Translations under genes and position numbers: made by a program
In this document: piece by piece, positions 20,618-31,852 of the stretch
Layout: every line of letters starts with the position of its first letter
How positions within the stretch are numbered: the stretch's first letter is position 1
Origin: Longimicrobiales bacterium
GTDB lineage: Bacteria; Gemmatimonadota; Gemmatimonadetes; Longimicrobiales; Gaopeijiaceae
DNA: 64,000 bases
Assembly (NCBI GenBank): GCA_965218295.1
Contig: CBDCKN010000015.1
Coordinates: forward strand, 160,001-224,000
Direction: 5' to 3'
Notes under the pieces: generated by a model
The model's database searches: none
The model's input: the letters and a program-made list of their open reading frames with translations, nothing else
Told to the model about the DNA's origin: nothing

Positions 20618-22464
20618 AAGCCGTTGTCGTTCCCACGTGAGTCGAGAATCAACCGCTCGCCGGCATTGAGGGGCACGGCCTGGGAATCGAGAAACGGGGT
20701 CAGAGCGCGCTCCAGGGTCATCACGAACTCCCCCACGGTCAGAGGCACGACCACGATGCGCACGTTGCCCTGGGAGTCCTCGATGCCGACGCTGAGATCG
20801 AAGTCGCCCATGAGCTCTGGCGCCCCGCCCACGACGAGCTCCATTCTGTCCGTGGCCACGGTCATGCCACGAGACGGCAGGGCGTCGTCTATGAACGCCG
20901 TGTAGGGCATCAGCCCCCCGGCGATGGTCAGCCGGCCCGTGTAGGGGTTGAATTGGCTCCCGTCCGGCAAGGCGCCCACGTCCACTATGCCGGGCACTCG
21001 GCTGGTGGTGAGATGAACGCGGGCCTCGCCCCCGGCCACGGCGATGGAGTGGACCGTCACGCGACTCGGAGCGGATCCGGCGTGACGACGCGTCCCGGGG
21101 CTGGTCTCGTTGTTCAGGAGCACCAGAGACACGTCGAGCCCCCAAGCGTCCGAGGCCTCGCCTCGATTGCCTCCGTTCAGGGCCGTGAGGCGGAGGTCCG
21201 TGCGACCGTCCGCCTCCACCACGGCGAAGAGGTACTCCACGCCCGTTCCCCGATCTGGACGTCGTACGCCCTCCGTATCCCAGTGGTACATGAGGACACC
21301 GGAGGACGGTAGGTTGGCGTCGAAGCCCGTCTGCGGACGGTACTCGAGAACCAGAAACTCGACGCCGTCGTCGTCCAGCGGGACCCAGAGCGCCTGGCGG
21401 CTCTGCTGAGCCGGACCCAGGACGAACTCCTCGTCGAACACGTCTCCCACCTCGATCCACTGGACCCAGCCGAGCTGCTCCTTGGACCAGGGGCTGAAGT
21501 GCGTGGGCCCGAAGCTGTCCCCCCGCGTGGATCCGTCTCCGCACCCCCAGGAGCCCGCGGCCATGAGGCCCCAGCATCCGAGCACCCACCGGCGGTTCTG
21601 GGGCTCGATTCCGTCGATGGGATGATACAGGTCCGGAAGACCCAGGACGTGCCCGAACTCGTGAGAGACGACGCCCGCAGTCTGAAGGGTCTCGCCCGTG
21701 CAGTCGGTGGCGCTCGTGATCGTGTATCCCAACAAGAGTATGGGGGTGCCGTCGAACCCCACGTCCTCGGTCGCCAGTGCGTCGCCCAGCCAGAAGAACA
21801 TGGCGCTCCGGTGAGGCCAGATGGCCGGCCCACCGCACGACGCCGAGACCTCCTGGAACTCGAAGTTCACCACGTCCACGATCCCGTCGTCGTCACCGCT
21901 GTTCGGGACGCCGTCCGGGCCGTCGTTGTCGAACTGCGTGAAGTCGATGACCTCGTCGGCCAGGGTCACGGCCTCCACCAGGAAATCCCCGGTCCCGGTG
22001 TTGTCGCCCAGCCCGAAGCTCTCGCCCACTACCTCGGCAACCGTGAGGCTGGTCCGTACCCACGGGGCTACGACCCCCTCGACCTTCAGGAGCCCACCCG
22101 ACGCCTCGAGGTAGAAGTCCGTGAGCGTGCCGGCCTCCGAAGGTCCGTCGAAGATGACTCTTCGGATGTCCTCCACGGGGAACAGGGGCTCTTCCGAGTC
22201 CGCAAAGAGCGCGGGAATGACCAGGAGTTGGAACCGCCCGGCCACCGGCATCACCTGACCGTGCACCGCCTGGGGCCTCTGGCCTCTCCACGCTTGTGGA
22301 AGCTCGAAGACATCGGGGTTCCGCAGAACGCGATCGTAGTACTCCTGCGGTAACGTGATGCCCCGGATCTCTGCGAGGGCCTCGATGTCCTGGGCGTGCG
22401 CCTCTCCCAAGGCCCCGCACGACGCCATCCCGGCGAATACCCAGAGGACGATCCACCGGCTCAC
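20572..22464 (-). CDS. M6 family (immune inhibitor A-like) secreted metalloprotease
   Basis: Signal peptide; DFTQFDNDGPDG...DDDGIVD, HEFGHVLGLPDLY and LMAAGSW. Confidence 0.88.
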   Translation of the reverse strand: MSRWIVLWVFAGMASCGALGEAHAQDIEALAEIRGITLPQEYYDRVLRNPDVFELPQAWRGQRPQAVHGQVMPVAGRFQLLVIPALFADSEEPLFPVEDIRRVIFDGPSEAGTLTDFYLEASGGLLKVEGVVAPWVRTSLTVAEVVGESFGLGDNTGTGDFLVEAVTLADEVIDFTQFDNDGPDGVPNSGDDDGIVDVVNFEFQEVSASCGGPAIWPHRSAMFFWLGDALATEDVGFDGTPILLLGYTITSATDCTGETLQTAGVVSHEFGHVLGLPDLYHPIDGIEPQNRRWVLGCWGLMAAGSWGCGDGSTRGDSFGPTHFSPWSKEQLGWVQWIEVGDVFDEEFVLGPAQQSRQALWVPLDDDGVEFLVLEYRPQTGFDANLPSSGVLMYHWDTEGVRRPDRGTGVEYLFAVVEADGRTDLRLTALNGGNRGEASDAWGLDVSLVLLNNETSPGTRRHAGSAPSRVTVHSIAVAGGEARVHLTTSRVPGIVDVGALPDGSQFNPYTGRLTIAGGLMPYTAFIDDALPSRGMTVATDRMELVVGGAPELMGDFDLSVGIEDSQGNVRIVVVPLTVGEFVMTLERALTPFLDSQAVPLNAGERLILDSRGNDNGFYDIGDLRAFLRGGA

Positions 22465-22859
22465 GGTGTGAACCTCACGCTGTATTCGAGCAAGCCGGCC
22501 CTGAGCTCGTTCTGACCGTCGGCGACCTGGAGCAGCGTCGCTACCGGTGTTAGCGTCGTGTCGGCGACGTTCAAGCGGAAAGCGATGTCCCCCGGGTTGT
22601 CCAGGACCACGAGGACCTTCGTGGTATCGCCCACGACGCTGGTGTGGAGATCGCCGGTGAGTGGCTCCACGAACGCGACACCCTCGCCGACGAGACGGAT
22701 CAGCGCTGCACCCTCCGCTCCGTTGGGCGACTCGACGGTGGCGGTCAGGGTTCCGGGTGCGCTCACCGGCGCCACGTCTCCGCAGCCCGAGGCGCCCAGC
22801 AGTACCGCCAGGAACAGGAGGGCCCTGGAGAATACTGGCCGTCGTGAAGAGTCAGACAT
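22461..22859 (-). CDS. Putative lipoprotein
   Basis: Lipobox-like LGASGC; overlaps both neighbours in an operon arrangement. Confidence 0.65.
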   Translation of the reverse strand: MSDSSRRPVFSRALLFLAVLLGASGCGDVAPVSAPGTLTATVESPNGAEGAALIRLVGEGVAFVEPLTGDLHTSVVGDTTKVLVVLDNPGDIAFRLNVADTTLTPVATLLQVADGQNELRAGLLEYSVRFTP

Positions 22860-23784
22860 CGACCTTGACGGAAAGAGCCTCTCGGGTGGCTCGATACCCC
22901 TCTTCCAGGAAGTACTCGATCCGGTCGAAGTCGAAGCCTCCCTGGTCCTCCAGATCGGGCCGCACCAGGGTCAACGGGACGCCTGTCCAATCGCGTACCG
23001 TGTCCCTCCGCTTCTGACCGGACATGATGGCGAAGACCCTCTGATGGACCGCCACCAGCCCCTCCTTGGCAACCAGGCGGGCGTCCGCGTCCGGGCCGGC
23101 GCCAGCATCGACGGCGATGATACGGGTGGCCCCCATGTCCGAGGCCCGCCGCAGAGGTAGCATCTCCTGGACGCCACCGTCCATGAGGAATCGACCATCC
23201 ACCTCCGCCAACGGAAACAGAACGGGAAGCGCACACGACGCATATACCGCATCGACCAGAGGAATGTCGGTGTCGCCCCGATGGCCGAGCCAGACCGTCT
23301 CGCCCGACGCCAGGTCGACCACGTTCACGGCCATCGGAATTTGAAGCTCATGCCAACGCTCCGTTGGAAGGAGCCCAAGGATGTAGTCCCTGAGAGGGCC
23401 TCCCTGGAACACGCTTGCGGCACGGATGCCGTTGATCCACACGGCCCGGCGATTCAAGCGGATGAGGTCGCGTCGCCTCAAGCTACATGCAAAGGCCTCC
23501 ATCTCCTCGACGCTGCGGCCTCCCGCAAAGGCGGCCCCGACCATGGCTCCGATGCTCGTCCCGATGATTCCGGCTACCGGAACGCCCGCCTCCTGGACGG
23601 CCTTCCAAGCGCCGATGTGGGCCAGTCCCTTGAGGGCCCCGCCCCCCATGATCAGCCAGGTCACGTCGCCGGACACACCGCCGGACACGTCGCCGGACAC
23701 ACCGCCAGACATGCCGCCGGACACGTCGCCAGACATGCGGCCGGACACGCCGCTCGTACCACCGTCCTCGAAGGAGGTCGTCAC
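22852..23784 (-). CDS. Patatin-like phospholipase
   Basis: GGGALKGLAHIG, GTSIG and DGG motifs. Confidence 0.92.
   Translation of the reverse strand: MTTSFEDGGTSGVSGRMSGDVSGGMSGGVSGDVSGGVSGDVTWLIMGGGALKGLAHIGAWKAVQEAGVPVAGIIGTSIGAMVGAAFAGGRSVEEMEAFACSLRRRDLIRLNRRAVWINGIRAASVFQGGPLRDYILGLLPTERWHELQIPMAVNVVDLASGETVWLGHRGDTDIPLVDAVYASCALPVLFPLAEVDGRFLMDGGVQEMLPLRRASDMGATRIIAVDAGAGPDADARLVAKEGLVAVHQRVFAIMSGQKRRDTVRDWTGVPLTLVRPDLEDQGGFDFDRIEYFLEEGYRATREALSVKVDV
23659..23754 (-). repeat. 12-bp tandem repeat, about 8 units, encoding G-x-(V/M)-S at the patatin N-terminus
   Basis: Variants of ggc gac gtg tcc, ggc ggt gtg tcc and ggc ggc atg tct. Confidence 0.85.
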
Positions 23785-23816
23785 GGTCGAGCCACCTCAC
23801 GGAACAGTGGCTCAGC

Positions 23817-23870
23817 TTGACGGTACATTTATGCCTCTCTAGCTTTGATGAAAAGAAGAATCATTCTCAA
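23817..23870 (+). promoter_or_regulatory. Sigma70-type promoter of the suf operon with a downstream Fur-box-like palindrome
   Basis: TTGACG-17bp-TAGCTT, then GAAGAAT-C-ATTCTCA (23855-23869) in an AT-rich patch. Confidence 0.55.
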
Positions 23871-23901
23871 TAAGACCTATTCGCCAGAGTTTTCCGCCCC
23901 C

Positions 23902-24681
23902 ATGAGTGACACTCCAATTCTTAAGGTTACCGGCCTTCATGCCAAGGTCCTCGACGAGGATCTCCCGATTCTGAACGGGGTGGATCTCGAGCTCCAGCGG
24001 GGCGAGATCCACGCCATCATGGGGCCGAACGGCTCCGGCAAGAGCACCCTCGCCAAGGTCCTGGCCGGCCACCCCGGATACGAGGTCACGGCCGGCGACG
24101 TTACATACCGTGAGGAGTCCATCCTCGGGATGGAGCCGGACGAGCGTGCCCTTGCGGGGATATTCCTCGCATTCCAGTACCCCGCCGAGATCCCCGGGGT
24201 CTCCATCGCCAACTTCCTGAGGACCGCCCTCCAGGCTCGACTGGGAGGCGACGAGGATCTCGACCTCTTCGATTTCCAGGACGAGCTCATCGACCGCATG
24301 GAGCTCCTGGACATGGAGCCCGCCTTCGCCGAGCGCTCCGTGAACGACGGCTTCAGCGGAGGCGAGAAGAAGCGAAACGAGATCCTCCAGATGGCCGTTC
24401 TACGGCCTGCGCTGGCGGTAATGGACGAGACCGACTCGGGCCTGGACATCGACGCCGTCAAGATCGTGGCCAACGGGGTGAACAAGCTGCGCGAGGAGGA
24501 CCCCGAGATGACCGTCCTGGTCATCACCCACTATCAGCGTCTCCTCAACTACATCACGCCCGATGTGGTTCACGTGATGGTGGACGGCCGGATCGTGCGG
24601 ACCGGTGGGTCGGAGGTGGCGGTGGAGCTAGAGGAGCAGGGGTACTCAGACTGGAAGGAAAGGGAAGAGGTCCGGGTATAA
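23902..24681 (+). CDS. sufC: Fe-S cluster assembly ATPase SufC
   Basis: [24 protein letters not shown] and DETDSGLD. Confidence 0.96.
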   Translation: MSDTPILKVTGLHAKVLDEDLPILNGVDLELQRGEIHAIMGPNGSGKSTLAKVLAGHPGYEVTAGDVTYREESILGMEPDERALAGIFLAFQYPAEIPGVSIANFLRTALQARLGGDEDLDLFDFQDELIDRMELLDMEPAFAERSVNDGFSGGEKKRNEILQMAVLRPALAVMDETDSGLDIDAVKIVANGVNKLREEDPEMTVLVITHYQRLLNYITPDVVHVMVDGRIVRTGGSEVAVELEEQGYSDWKEREEVRV

Positions 24682-24757
24682 CCCCCGAACACCCAAGATA
24701 CGTAAGACACTAGATTTGTAGCGGGATCACCCGCGGACTTTCAGCAGGACAACGGTC

Positions 24758-26173
24758 ATGCCACAGAACGAGCTGGTCCAAGATCTCGACCTCGACGAGT
24801 ACAAGTACGGATTCGTCGACGAAGAGGCCCACATCTTCCGCACGAAGCCCGGCCTCGACGAGGAAATCGTGCGTCAGATCTCGAGCCACAAGGAAGAGCC
24901 GCAGTGGATGCTGGACTTCCGCCTCAAGGCACTCCGCATCTACGAGAAGAAGCCCATGCCCACCTGGGGTGGGGACCTCTCCCACCTCGAGGAGACGCTG
25001 GACGAGATCTACTTCTACGTGAAGCCCCAGGATCAGATGGAGCGCTCCTGGGACGACGTGCCGGACAACATCAAGACCACGTTCGAGAAACTCGGCATCC
25101 CCGAGGCGGAGCAGAAGGCCCTGGCCGGTGTGGGAGCCCAGTACGAATCGGAGATGGTGTACCACTCCCTCAAGGAGGAGTGGGAGTCCCAGGGCGTGAT
25201 CTTCGACTCCATCGAAGACGGGCTCAAGAACCACCCGGAGCTCTTCAGGGAGCACTTCGCCACGGTGATTCCCGCCGCGGACAACAAGTTCGCGGCGCTC
25301 AACTCGGCCGTGTGGTCTGGAGGGTCCTTCGTCTACATCCCGAAGGGTGTCCACCTCGCGACGCCGCTTCAGGCTTACTTCCGGGTCAACCAGGAGCGCA
25401 TGGGGCAGTTCGAGCGTACGCTCATCATCATCGAGGAAGGAGCGCAGGCCCACTACATCGAAGGGTGTACTGCGCCGGTCTACTCCACCGACTCGTTCCA
25501 CTCCGGTGTCATCGAGATCGTGCTCAAGCGGGACTCACGCTTCCGCTACACGACCATCCAGAACTGGTCGAACAACATGTACAACCTCGTGACCCAGCGC
25601 GCTTTCGTTAACGAGAACGCGACCATGGAATGGCTCGACGGGAATCTCGGCTCGAAGCTCACCATGAAGTACCCGTCCTGCTACCTCATGGGTGAAGGAG
25701 CGCACGGCTCCATCATGTCCATCGCCTACGCAAGCGACGGCCAACATCAGGACACGGGCGGCAAGGTCATCCACGCGGCGCCCAACACGACGTCCTCCAT
25801 CATCTCCAAGTCCATCTCCAAGGGGACCGGGAGGTCGACGTACCGGGGGCTCTGCAAGGTGTACGAGGGTGCCGTCAACGCTCGATCGAACGTCGAGTGC
25901 GACGCTCTCTTGATCAACGACACCTCCCGAACGGACACGTACCCCTACATCGAGATCGAGGAAAAGCGGGCCACCGTCGGCCACGAAGCCACCGTCTCGA
26001 AGGTGGGCGACGAGCAGCTCTTCTATCTGAAGAGTCGCGGAATGACCGAAGAGGAGGCCATGGCCCTGATCGTGCGGGGGTTCATCGAGCCCATCGCCAA
26101 GGAGCTGCCGCTTGAGTACGCGGTGGAGCTCAACCGGCTGATCGATCTCGAGATGGAGGGATCGGTCGGTTGA
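24758..26173 (+). CDS. sufB: Fe-S cluster assembly protein SufB
   Basis: [23 protein letters not shown] and HEATVSK. Confidence 0.96.
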   Translation: MPQNELVQDLDLDEYKYGFVDEEAHIFRTKPGLDEEIVRQISSHKEEPQWMLDFRLKALRIYEKKPMPTWGGDLSHLEETLDEIYFYVKPQDQMERSWDDVPDNIKTTFEKLGIPEAEQKALAGVGAQYESEMVYHSLKEEWESQGVIFDSIEDGLKNHPELFREHFATVIPAADNKFAALNSAVWSGGSFVYIPKGVHLATPLQAYFRVNQERMGQFERTLIIIEEGAQAHYIEGCTAPVYSTDSFHSGVIEIVLKRDSRFRYTTIQNWSNNMYNLVTQRAFVNENATMEWLDGNLGSKLTMKYPSCYLMGEGAHGSIMSIAYASDGQHQDTGGKVIHAAPNTTSSIISKSISKGTGRSTYRGLCKVYEGAVNARSNVECDALLINDTSRTDTYPYIEIEEKRATVGHEATVSKVGDEQLFYLKSRGMTEEEAMALIVRGFIEPIAKELPLEYAVELNRLIDLEMEGSVG

Positions 26174-27531
26174 TGACGAACACGACCGGGGCCATGTCGA
26201 CCCTGGAGCGGGAGGACGCCACGGCGTCCCTCGACGGCGCCGCGGTCGAGCGCCTGGGCCGCGACGCCCCGGACTGGCTTCGCCGGCGCCGCGAGCACGC
26301 GTGGTCCGTCTACGAGGACACTCCCCTTCCGACAACGCGCTCGGAGGAGTGGCGGTACACCAACCTCTCAAAGATCGTCGATCTCGAGTCGCTGAGGCTC
26401 CTCGTGCCCGAGGATACCGACCCGGACGCGCCACGACCCAAGCTCCTGGAAGACGCCATGGACGAGGACCGGGCCGCGTCGGGACATTCGGTGCTGGTGG
26501 ACGGTCTGGCGGTGCACGTCGACCTGGACGCGGATCTGGCGGCCCAGGGAGTCATCCTCACGTCCCTGCGGTCCGCTGTCGAGGATCACGCCGACCTGGT
26601 GGAGGAGCATCTCGCCGTCGACGCTCTCCCGCCCGAGCAGGGCAAGTTCGAAGCCCTGAACGCGGCGCTCTGGACCGACGGAGTCCTCCTCTACGTTCCC
26701 CGCGGCGTGCACCTCGAGCTTCCGGTGCGGGCCACTCGCTGGCTCTCGCACGCCGGCTCGGCCGTGTGCACGCGGACCCTCGTCATCGCGGAGGCCGGCA
26801 GCCAGGTGTCGTACGTCGAGGAGCTCCTGTCGGAGAACGTCGACGAGCGCACGCTGTCGTCCTCCGCCGTCGAGATCATCGCAAAAGACGGGGCTCGGGT
26901 TCAGTACGTGTCCATCCAGCGGTCAGGCCGCGGCGTGTTCTGTCAGTCGGCCCAGCGGACGCTTGCGCACCGTGACTCGAAGCTCGACACGCTCAACGTG
27001 AGCCTGGGTGGGTCGGTGAGTCGAGTCGACTTGAATGCGCGGCTGCTGGGTCCCGGAGCCAACAGCGACATGCTGGGCCTCTACTTCGGCGACGAGGACC
27101 AGCACTTCGATCACAACACGAGCCAGGATCACGTGGCTCCCAACGCCAGGAGCGACCTGCTGTACAAGGGTGCCCTGGACGGTGCCTCGCGCGCCGCGTT
27201 CCGAGGGATCATCCGGGTCCATCTCGGAGCCCAGGGAACGGACGCGTATCAGACGAACCGCAACCTGCTCCTCTCGGACGAGGCACGGGCAGACTCGCTA
27301 CCCAACCTCGAGATCGAGGCCGACGACGTGAAGTGCTCCCACGGGGCCACGGTGGGCCAGCTCGACGGGGAGACGCTCTTCTACCTGCTGAGCCGGGGAC
27401 TCAGCCGCCAGCAGGCGGAGCGATTGGTGGTCCTCGGGTTCCTGGGCGACGTCATTTCCCGACTGCCCTTGGGCGGCGTCGTGGCGAAGGTCACGCGGGC
27501 CATCGAGCAGAAGCTGCAGGCGCATGTCTAA
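26170..27531 (+). CDS. sufD: Fe-S cluster assembly protein SufD
   Basis: [25 protein letters not shown] and FYLLSRG. Confidence 0.93.
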   Translation: MMTNTTGAMSTLEREDATASLDGAAVERLGRDAPDWLRRRREHAWSVYEDTPLPTTRSEEWRYTNLSKIVDLESLRLLVPEDTDPDAPRPKLLEDAMDEDRAASGHSVLVDGLAVHVDLDADLAAQGVILTSLRSAVEDHADLVEEHLAVDALPPEQGKFEALNAALWTDGVLLYVPRGVHLELPVRATRWLSHAGSAVCTRTLVIAEAGSQVSYVEELLSENVDERTLSSSAVEIIAKDGARVQYVSIQRSGRGVFCQSAQRTLAHRDSKLDTLNVSLGGSVSRVDLNARLLGPGANSDMLGLYFGDEDQHFDHNTSQDHVAPNARSDLLYKGALDGASRAAFRGIIRVHLGAQGTDAYQTNRNLLLSDEARADSLPNLEIEADDVKCSHGATVGQLDGETLFYLLSRGLSRQQAERLVVLGFLGDVISRLPLGGVVAKVTRAIEQKLQAHV

Positions 27532-27850
27532 TGAAGCCGATGTGGCGGAGTGGGTGAAGGTCGCCGAGCTCGATCGCTGCCCACCGGGGAACCTCCTGGA
27601 CGTGGAGGTCGGGGACGTGCGGATCGTTCTCGCCAACGTCGACGGAGACATCTACGCCCTCGAGGATGAGTGCTCACACCAGGAATTCCCGCTCTCCGAC
27701 GGAGAGCTCGAGGGCAACGTGTTGGAATGCATGTATCATGGTGCCAAGTTTGACGTATGCACCGGACGGGCCACGCAGCTGCCCGCGATCCGGCCCGTGA
27801 AATCCTTCGACGTCGAGGTCAGGGACCAGGAGATCTTCGTACAGATCTAG
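27524..27850 (+). CDS. Rieske-type ferredoxin
   Basis: CSH...CMYHGAKFD Rieske ligands. Confidence 0.9.
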   Translation: MSNEADVAEWVKVAELDRCPPGNLLDVEVGDVRIVLANVDGDIYALEDECSHQEFPLSDGELEGNVLECMYHGAKFDVCTGRATQLPAIRPVKSFDVEVRDQEIFVQI

Positions 27851-27872
27851 CATGTCCTGAAGGCTTATCTCC

Positions 27873-29120
27873 ATGCCTGTCACAACCCCTCGGCTCGACT
27901 GGGCCGCCGTGCGAGACCGCTTCCCGATCCTGCATGAAGAGGTCGGAGGAAAGCCCCTCGTCTACCTCGACAACGCCGCCACCTCCCAGAAGCCGCAGAG
28001 CGTCATCGACGCCCTGAACGAGTACTACGAGCACACCAACGCCAATGTCCATCGGGGCATCCACGAGCTGAGCCGCAGGTCCACCGTGGCCTACGAGGAG
28101 GCCCGGGCCAGGGTGGCCCGCTTCATCGGCGCCGCCGAGGCCCAGGAGCTGGTGTGGACGCGTGGCACGACCGAGGCCATCAACCTGGTCGCCGGCAGTT
28201 GGGGACTCGAGAACCTCCGTGAGGGGGACGAGATCCTCCTCAGCACCATGGAGCACCACTCCAACATCGTCCCCTGGCAGCTGGTGGCGCGCCGCACCGG
28301 CGCGAGTCTCAAGTACATCGAGATGGATGATGAGGGCCGGCTCATCCTCGACGACCTTCCGGAGCTGCTCACCGAGCGCACCCGGCTGGTCGCCATCTCC
28401 CATGTGTCGAACGCCCTGGGGACCGTCAACCCGGTCCGTGACATCGCCGAGCAGGCCAAAGCCGCCGGCGCTCTCGTGCTGGTGGACGGAGCACAGGCCG
28501 TTCCCCACCGCCGGGTCGATGTCCAGGAGCTCGGCTGCGACTTCTACGCCTTCTCGGGCCACAAGATGTGCGGACCCACCGGCATCGGCGGACTCTGGGC
28601 TCGTAGGGAGCTACTGGAGTCCATGCCGCCGTATCACGGCGGGGGCGAGATGATCCGGATCGTGGGTCGGGAGGAGAGCACCTGGGCCGAGGTGCCCCAC
28701 AAGTTCGAGGCCGGTACGCCAAACATCGCGGGGGCCATCGGCATCGCGGTGGCGGCAGACTTCCTGGAGGAACTGGGCTTCGACGCCATCGCCGAGCACG
28801 GGCGGGACGTGATGTCCTACGCCATCGAGCGGCTGGGCGACGTCGATGACGTCCGGATCTTCGGCCCCACCGACCTGAACGAGCGGTCGGGAGTCGTGTC
28901 GTTCCTCATGGGTGACGCCCACCCCCACGACATTTCCACGATCCTCGATTCCGAGGGGATCGCCATCCGCGCGGGCCACCACTGCGCTCAGCTCGTCATG
29001 CAGCACTTCGGCGTCTCGGCAACGGCGCGAGCGTCCTTCTACCTCTACAATTCTCGGGAGGACGTGGACCAGCTGGCCGAAGGCCTGGGCCTTGTCCAGG
29101 GGATTTTCGGCACTGCCTGA
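27873..29120 (+). CDS. sufS: Cysteine desulfurase SufS
   Basis: YLDNAATSQKP, SGHKM and RAGHHCA. Confidence 0.96.
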   Translation: MPVTTPRLDWAAVRDRFPILHEEVGGKPLVYLDNAATSQKPQSVIDALNEYYEHTNANVHRGIHELSRRSTVAYEEARARVARFIGAAEAQELVWTRGTTEAINLVAGSWGLENLREGDEILLSTMEHHSNIVPWQLVARRTGASLKYIEMDDEGRLILDDLPELLTERTRLVAISHVSNALGTVNPVRDIAEQAKAAGALVLVDGAQAVPHRRVDVQELGCDFYAFSGHKMCGPTGIGGLWARRELLESMPPYHGGGEMIRIVGREESTWAEVPHKFEAGTPNIAGAIGIAVAADFLEELGFDAIAEHGRDVMSYAIERLGDVDDVRIFGPTDLNERSGVVSFLMGDAHPHDISTILDSEGIAIRAGHHCAQLVMQHFGVSATARASFYLYNSREDVDQLAEGLGLVQGIFGTA

Positions 29121-29207
29121 CGACCCGCCTCGGAAGCTCGAAATTCGAAATCTCGGGGCCGAGGCTGTATTATGGTTGATTCAGTCCCCCTATTTCGCCA
29201 CGAGCAG

Positions 29208-29714
29208 ATGACGGAATCTTCGCTGACCTCTCTCTACCAGCACCTCATTCTCGAGCACTACCGTAATCCGCGGAACAAGTCGGAGTTGGCGGATCACACG
29301 GTGGAGGCTCGCGTAAGCAACCCGGTGTGCGGAGACGAGATCAGGGTCCAGCTCCGCCTCGACGGGGACGAGATCGAGGACATCCGCTTCGAGGGCCAAG
29401 GCTGCTCCATATCCCAGGCGTCCGTGTCGATGATGACGGCCCTCGTGAAGGGGGGGAGCCGGAACCACGCCATCAAGCTTGCCGACCGCTTTACCGAGAT
29501 GATGCACGGCAGCGATGAGGCGGCGAACGACCGTTCGATGGGAGACCTGAGAGCCCTTCAGGGCGTCAGCAAGTTCCCCGTTCGCATCAAGTGCGCGCTC
29601 CTGGCCTTCGACGCCCTGCGAGAGGCCCTGTCTGGCGACCGAAGGGCCGGACCGAGCGAGAGCCGGGGAGGCACCGGCGGCAGCGTCCCTGGCGAGCGGG
29701 AGGCGGCGCACTGA
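29208..29714 (+). CDS. sufU: SUF system NifU-family protein SufU
   Basis: ILEHYRNPRN, NPVCGD, GCSISQAS and RIKCA. Confidence 0.92.
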   Translation: MTESSLTSLYQHLILEHYRNPRNKSELADHTVEARVSNPVCGDEIRVQLRLDGDEIEDIRFEGQGCSISQASVSMMTALVKGGSRNHAIKLADRFTEMMHGSDEAANDRSMGDLRALQGVSKFPVRIKCALLAFDALREALSGDRRAGPSESRGGTGGSVPGEREAAH

Positions 29715-30271
29715 TGCCTGGGCGTGACGGTGCCTCTGCGGTCTTCTCCGGCGTTCTCGAAAACACACCCCTCGGGCCCCTGGCGGTCTGGGTCACGCGC
29801 AACGGCGTTCGTCGGGTAGGCTACGTTCAACAGGACATGATCGAAGAGAGCCACTCGGACCCGGCCAGCGACACCACCTTGGCCCTCGCGCTCCGGCAGC
29901 TCCGCGAGTACCTCGAGGGCCACCGCAAGGGCTTCGACCTGCCTCTCGACTTCTCGGGCGCCACGACCTTTCAGAGGCGCATCTTCGAGCGGCTCATCCT
30001 CATTCGGTACGGCCGCATAGTCTCGTACGGAGATATCGCCGACGAGCTGGGAGATCCGGGCGCGGCCCGGGCCGTCGGCCAGGCCGTGGGAGCCAATCCG
30101 CTCCCCATCGTCGTGCCGTGCCACCGGGTGGTCCGGAGCGACGGAAAGCTGGGCGGATACTCGGGGGGACAGCACCGCAAGGTCACCCTCCTTGGGATCG
30201 AGGGTGTGGACGTTGACGGACCCCAGCCGGGGAGTCGCGTTCATCCGGAGGTTCTGCGGCTGCCGCTCTAG
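29714..30271 (+). CDS. ogt: Methylated-DNA-protein-cysteine methyltransferase
   Basis: SYGDIA, RAVG and NPLPIVVPCHRV. Confidence 0.9.
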   Translation: MPGRDGASAVFSGVLENTPLGPLAVWVTRNGVRRVGYVQQDMIEESHSDPASDTTLALALRQLREYLEGHRKGFDLPLDFSGATTFQRRIFERLILIRYGRIVSYGDIADELGDPGAARAVGQAVGANPLPIVVPCHRVVRSDGKLGGYSGGQHRKVTLLGIEGVDVDGPQPGSRVHPEVLRLPL

Positions 30272-31556
30272 GGCGATGATCAGCCGCGGGGGTCGGCGGA
30301 CTGCTCGCGCCGGGCCGAAGGATCACCTTCACCGCGCCGCTACGGCGGTGATTCGCAGCCGCCTTCAGCGCATCACGGTACTGATGGAGCGGGAAAGCGT
30401 GGGTCACCATCTCCTCGACCGGCGTCCCCGTTTCGAGGAGCAGATCGTGGGTGATCTCGAAGGTGTGGCGGCGCTCACCCCTCCACGTCTCCTGTCCGTA
30501 GCCCACCGACCCCTGAAGCCGGAGCTCACGAGCCCACAGGAAGGTCAGGTCCAGCTTCTTGAGCTCCCCCACACATCCGATGACGACGACACGCCCCCGG
30601 GGTGACGCGAATCGGAGGGACTGGCTCAGGCTCGAGTCGTTGCCCACGCAGTCGTAGATGAGGGGGAGGCCGCCCCCGGCGAAGACCTCGGGGCCAACGA
30701 TGGGCATGTAGGCGAGGGATCCGGTGTCCACCAACGCCTGCCGGGCCTCGGGCCCCGGCGTCACCACGTCGCTGGCTCCCATCTTCAGAGCCAACTCCTG
30801 TTCGTGGTCCCGCTTCGCCTGTGCCAGGAGGAAGCCCTCGTATCCCACGGCACGGACCGCCCAAATGGTGGCCAGCGCAATGGTGCCGCTTCCGATGACC
30901 AGAACAGGCTCGTGCTCCTTGGGCGGCGTCCGGAGCACCGCGTGCATGGCGATGGAGAGAGGCTCGATCAGCACCGCCGCGTTGTCAGACAGCGCATCGT
31001 CGACGGGGAAGACCTGGGATTCGTGGGCGATGACCGTCTCGCCCCACCCTCCCCGGAGATCCCGGTGGTAGCCCACCGTGGTGCCGGCGGAGAGGCGGCG
31101 GCCGGCCACCATGGTCCGCGCCTCTTCGCCCGCCCGTTCGCAGGTGAAGTGGTACCCCCACGAGCACGACGGGCAGCGATCGCTCCTCGAGTAGCCTCGG
31201 GTGGTGCAGGAGATCGCGGGGTTCATGGTCACCCGTTGGCCGACTTCGACCCTCGTCACCTCGTCCCCCACGGATTTCACACGGCCGAAAATCTCGTGTC
31301 CCAGGACGGCGGGGAACGAGCCGAAGGGCTCCATGGCCGGGCTGGACTCGTAGGTGAGGTTCCCGATGTCACTCCCACAGACCCCGCCGGCGATGACCTC
31401 GATCTCGACCCAGCCTGGCCCCGGGAGCTCGAGGTCGGGAAGATCCCGTATCCTGAGCCCGCTGAGGGCGCCGAAGAAGGCAGAGTCGGTCACCCTCCCG
31501 GCGGTCTTCGCCAGGATGAAGCGCGGGATGGATACGTCGAAGGTGACTCCCTTCAT
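30183..31556 (-). CDS. Zinc-binding dehydrogenase (MDR family)
   Basis: GVCGSD, LGHE, C-X9-C-X2-C-X7-C zinc lobe and GSGTI; low-complexity tail overlaps ogt. Confidence 0.85.
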   Translation of the reverse strand: MKGVTFDVSIPRFILAKTAGRVTDSAFFGALSGLRIRDLPDLELPGPGWVEIEVIAGGVCGSDIGNLTYESSPAMEPFGSFPAVLGHEIFGRVKSVGDEVTRVEVGQRVTMNPAISCTTRGYSRSDRCPSCSWGYHFTCERAGEEARTMVAGRRLSAGTTVGYHRDLRGGWGETVIAHESQVFPVDDALSDNAAVLIEPLSIAMHAVLRTPPKEHEPVLVIGSGTIALATIWAVRAVGYEGFLLAQAKRDHEQELALKMGASDVVTPGPEARQALVDTGSLAYMPIVGPEVFAGGGLPLIYDCVGNDSSLSQSLRFASPRGRVVVIGCVGELKKLDLTFLWARELRLQGSVGYGQETWRGERRHTFEITHDLLLETGTPVEEMVTHAFPLHQYRDALKAAANHRRSGAVKVILRPGASSPPTPAADHRPRAAAAEPPDERDSPAGVRQRPHPRSQGG

Positions 31557-31852
31557 TGCCTCCAGCCGGTCGACATGGTCGGTCGCACCCGGAACGGACA
31601 CACCGAGGCAACTTTGGTCCGCGTTGTCAGCCAAGCAACCGGCCTCGACGCATCCACACTCCGACTTCCAGCCTCGGGTGGCGCCGAAGCGGGCATTCCA
31701 GTGGCACCCAGTCTAGCGGGGCGGGATGCGCGTAGCCACCGGAGGGGGCGGCCGATCACGACCGGGGACTCCTCTGTCTCGGCCCGGAACCGGACGTGAC
31801 GGGGGGGTAGCATCCGTTCCAGTCCGCCGTCCACGCCAGCCGGACCATCCAC

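Noticed and set aside
24689..24722. NrdR-box-like sequences between sufC and sufB
   Set aside because: Only a partial match and no ribonucleotide reductase context.
30183..30271. Convergent overlap of the dehydrogenase and ogt as an antisense system
   Set aside because: The overlap is a low-complexity tail, more simply explained by a lost stop or an indel.
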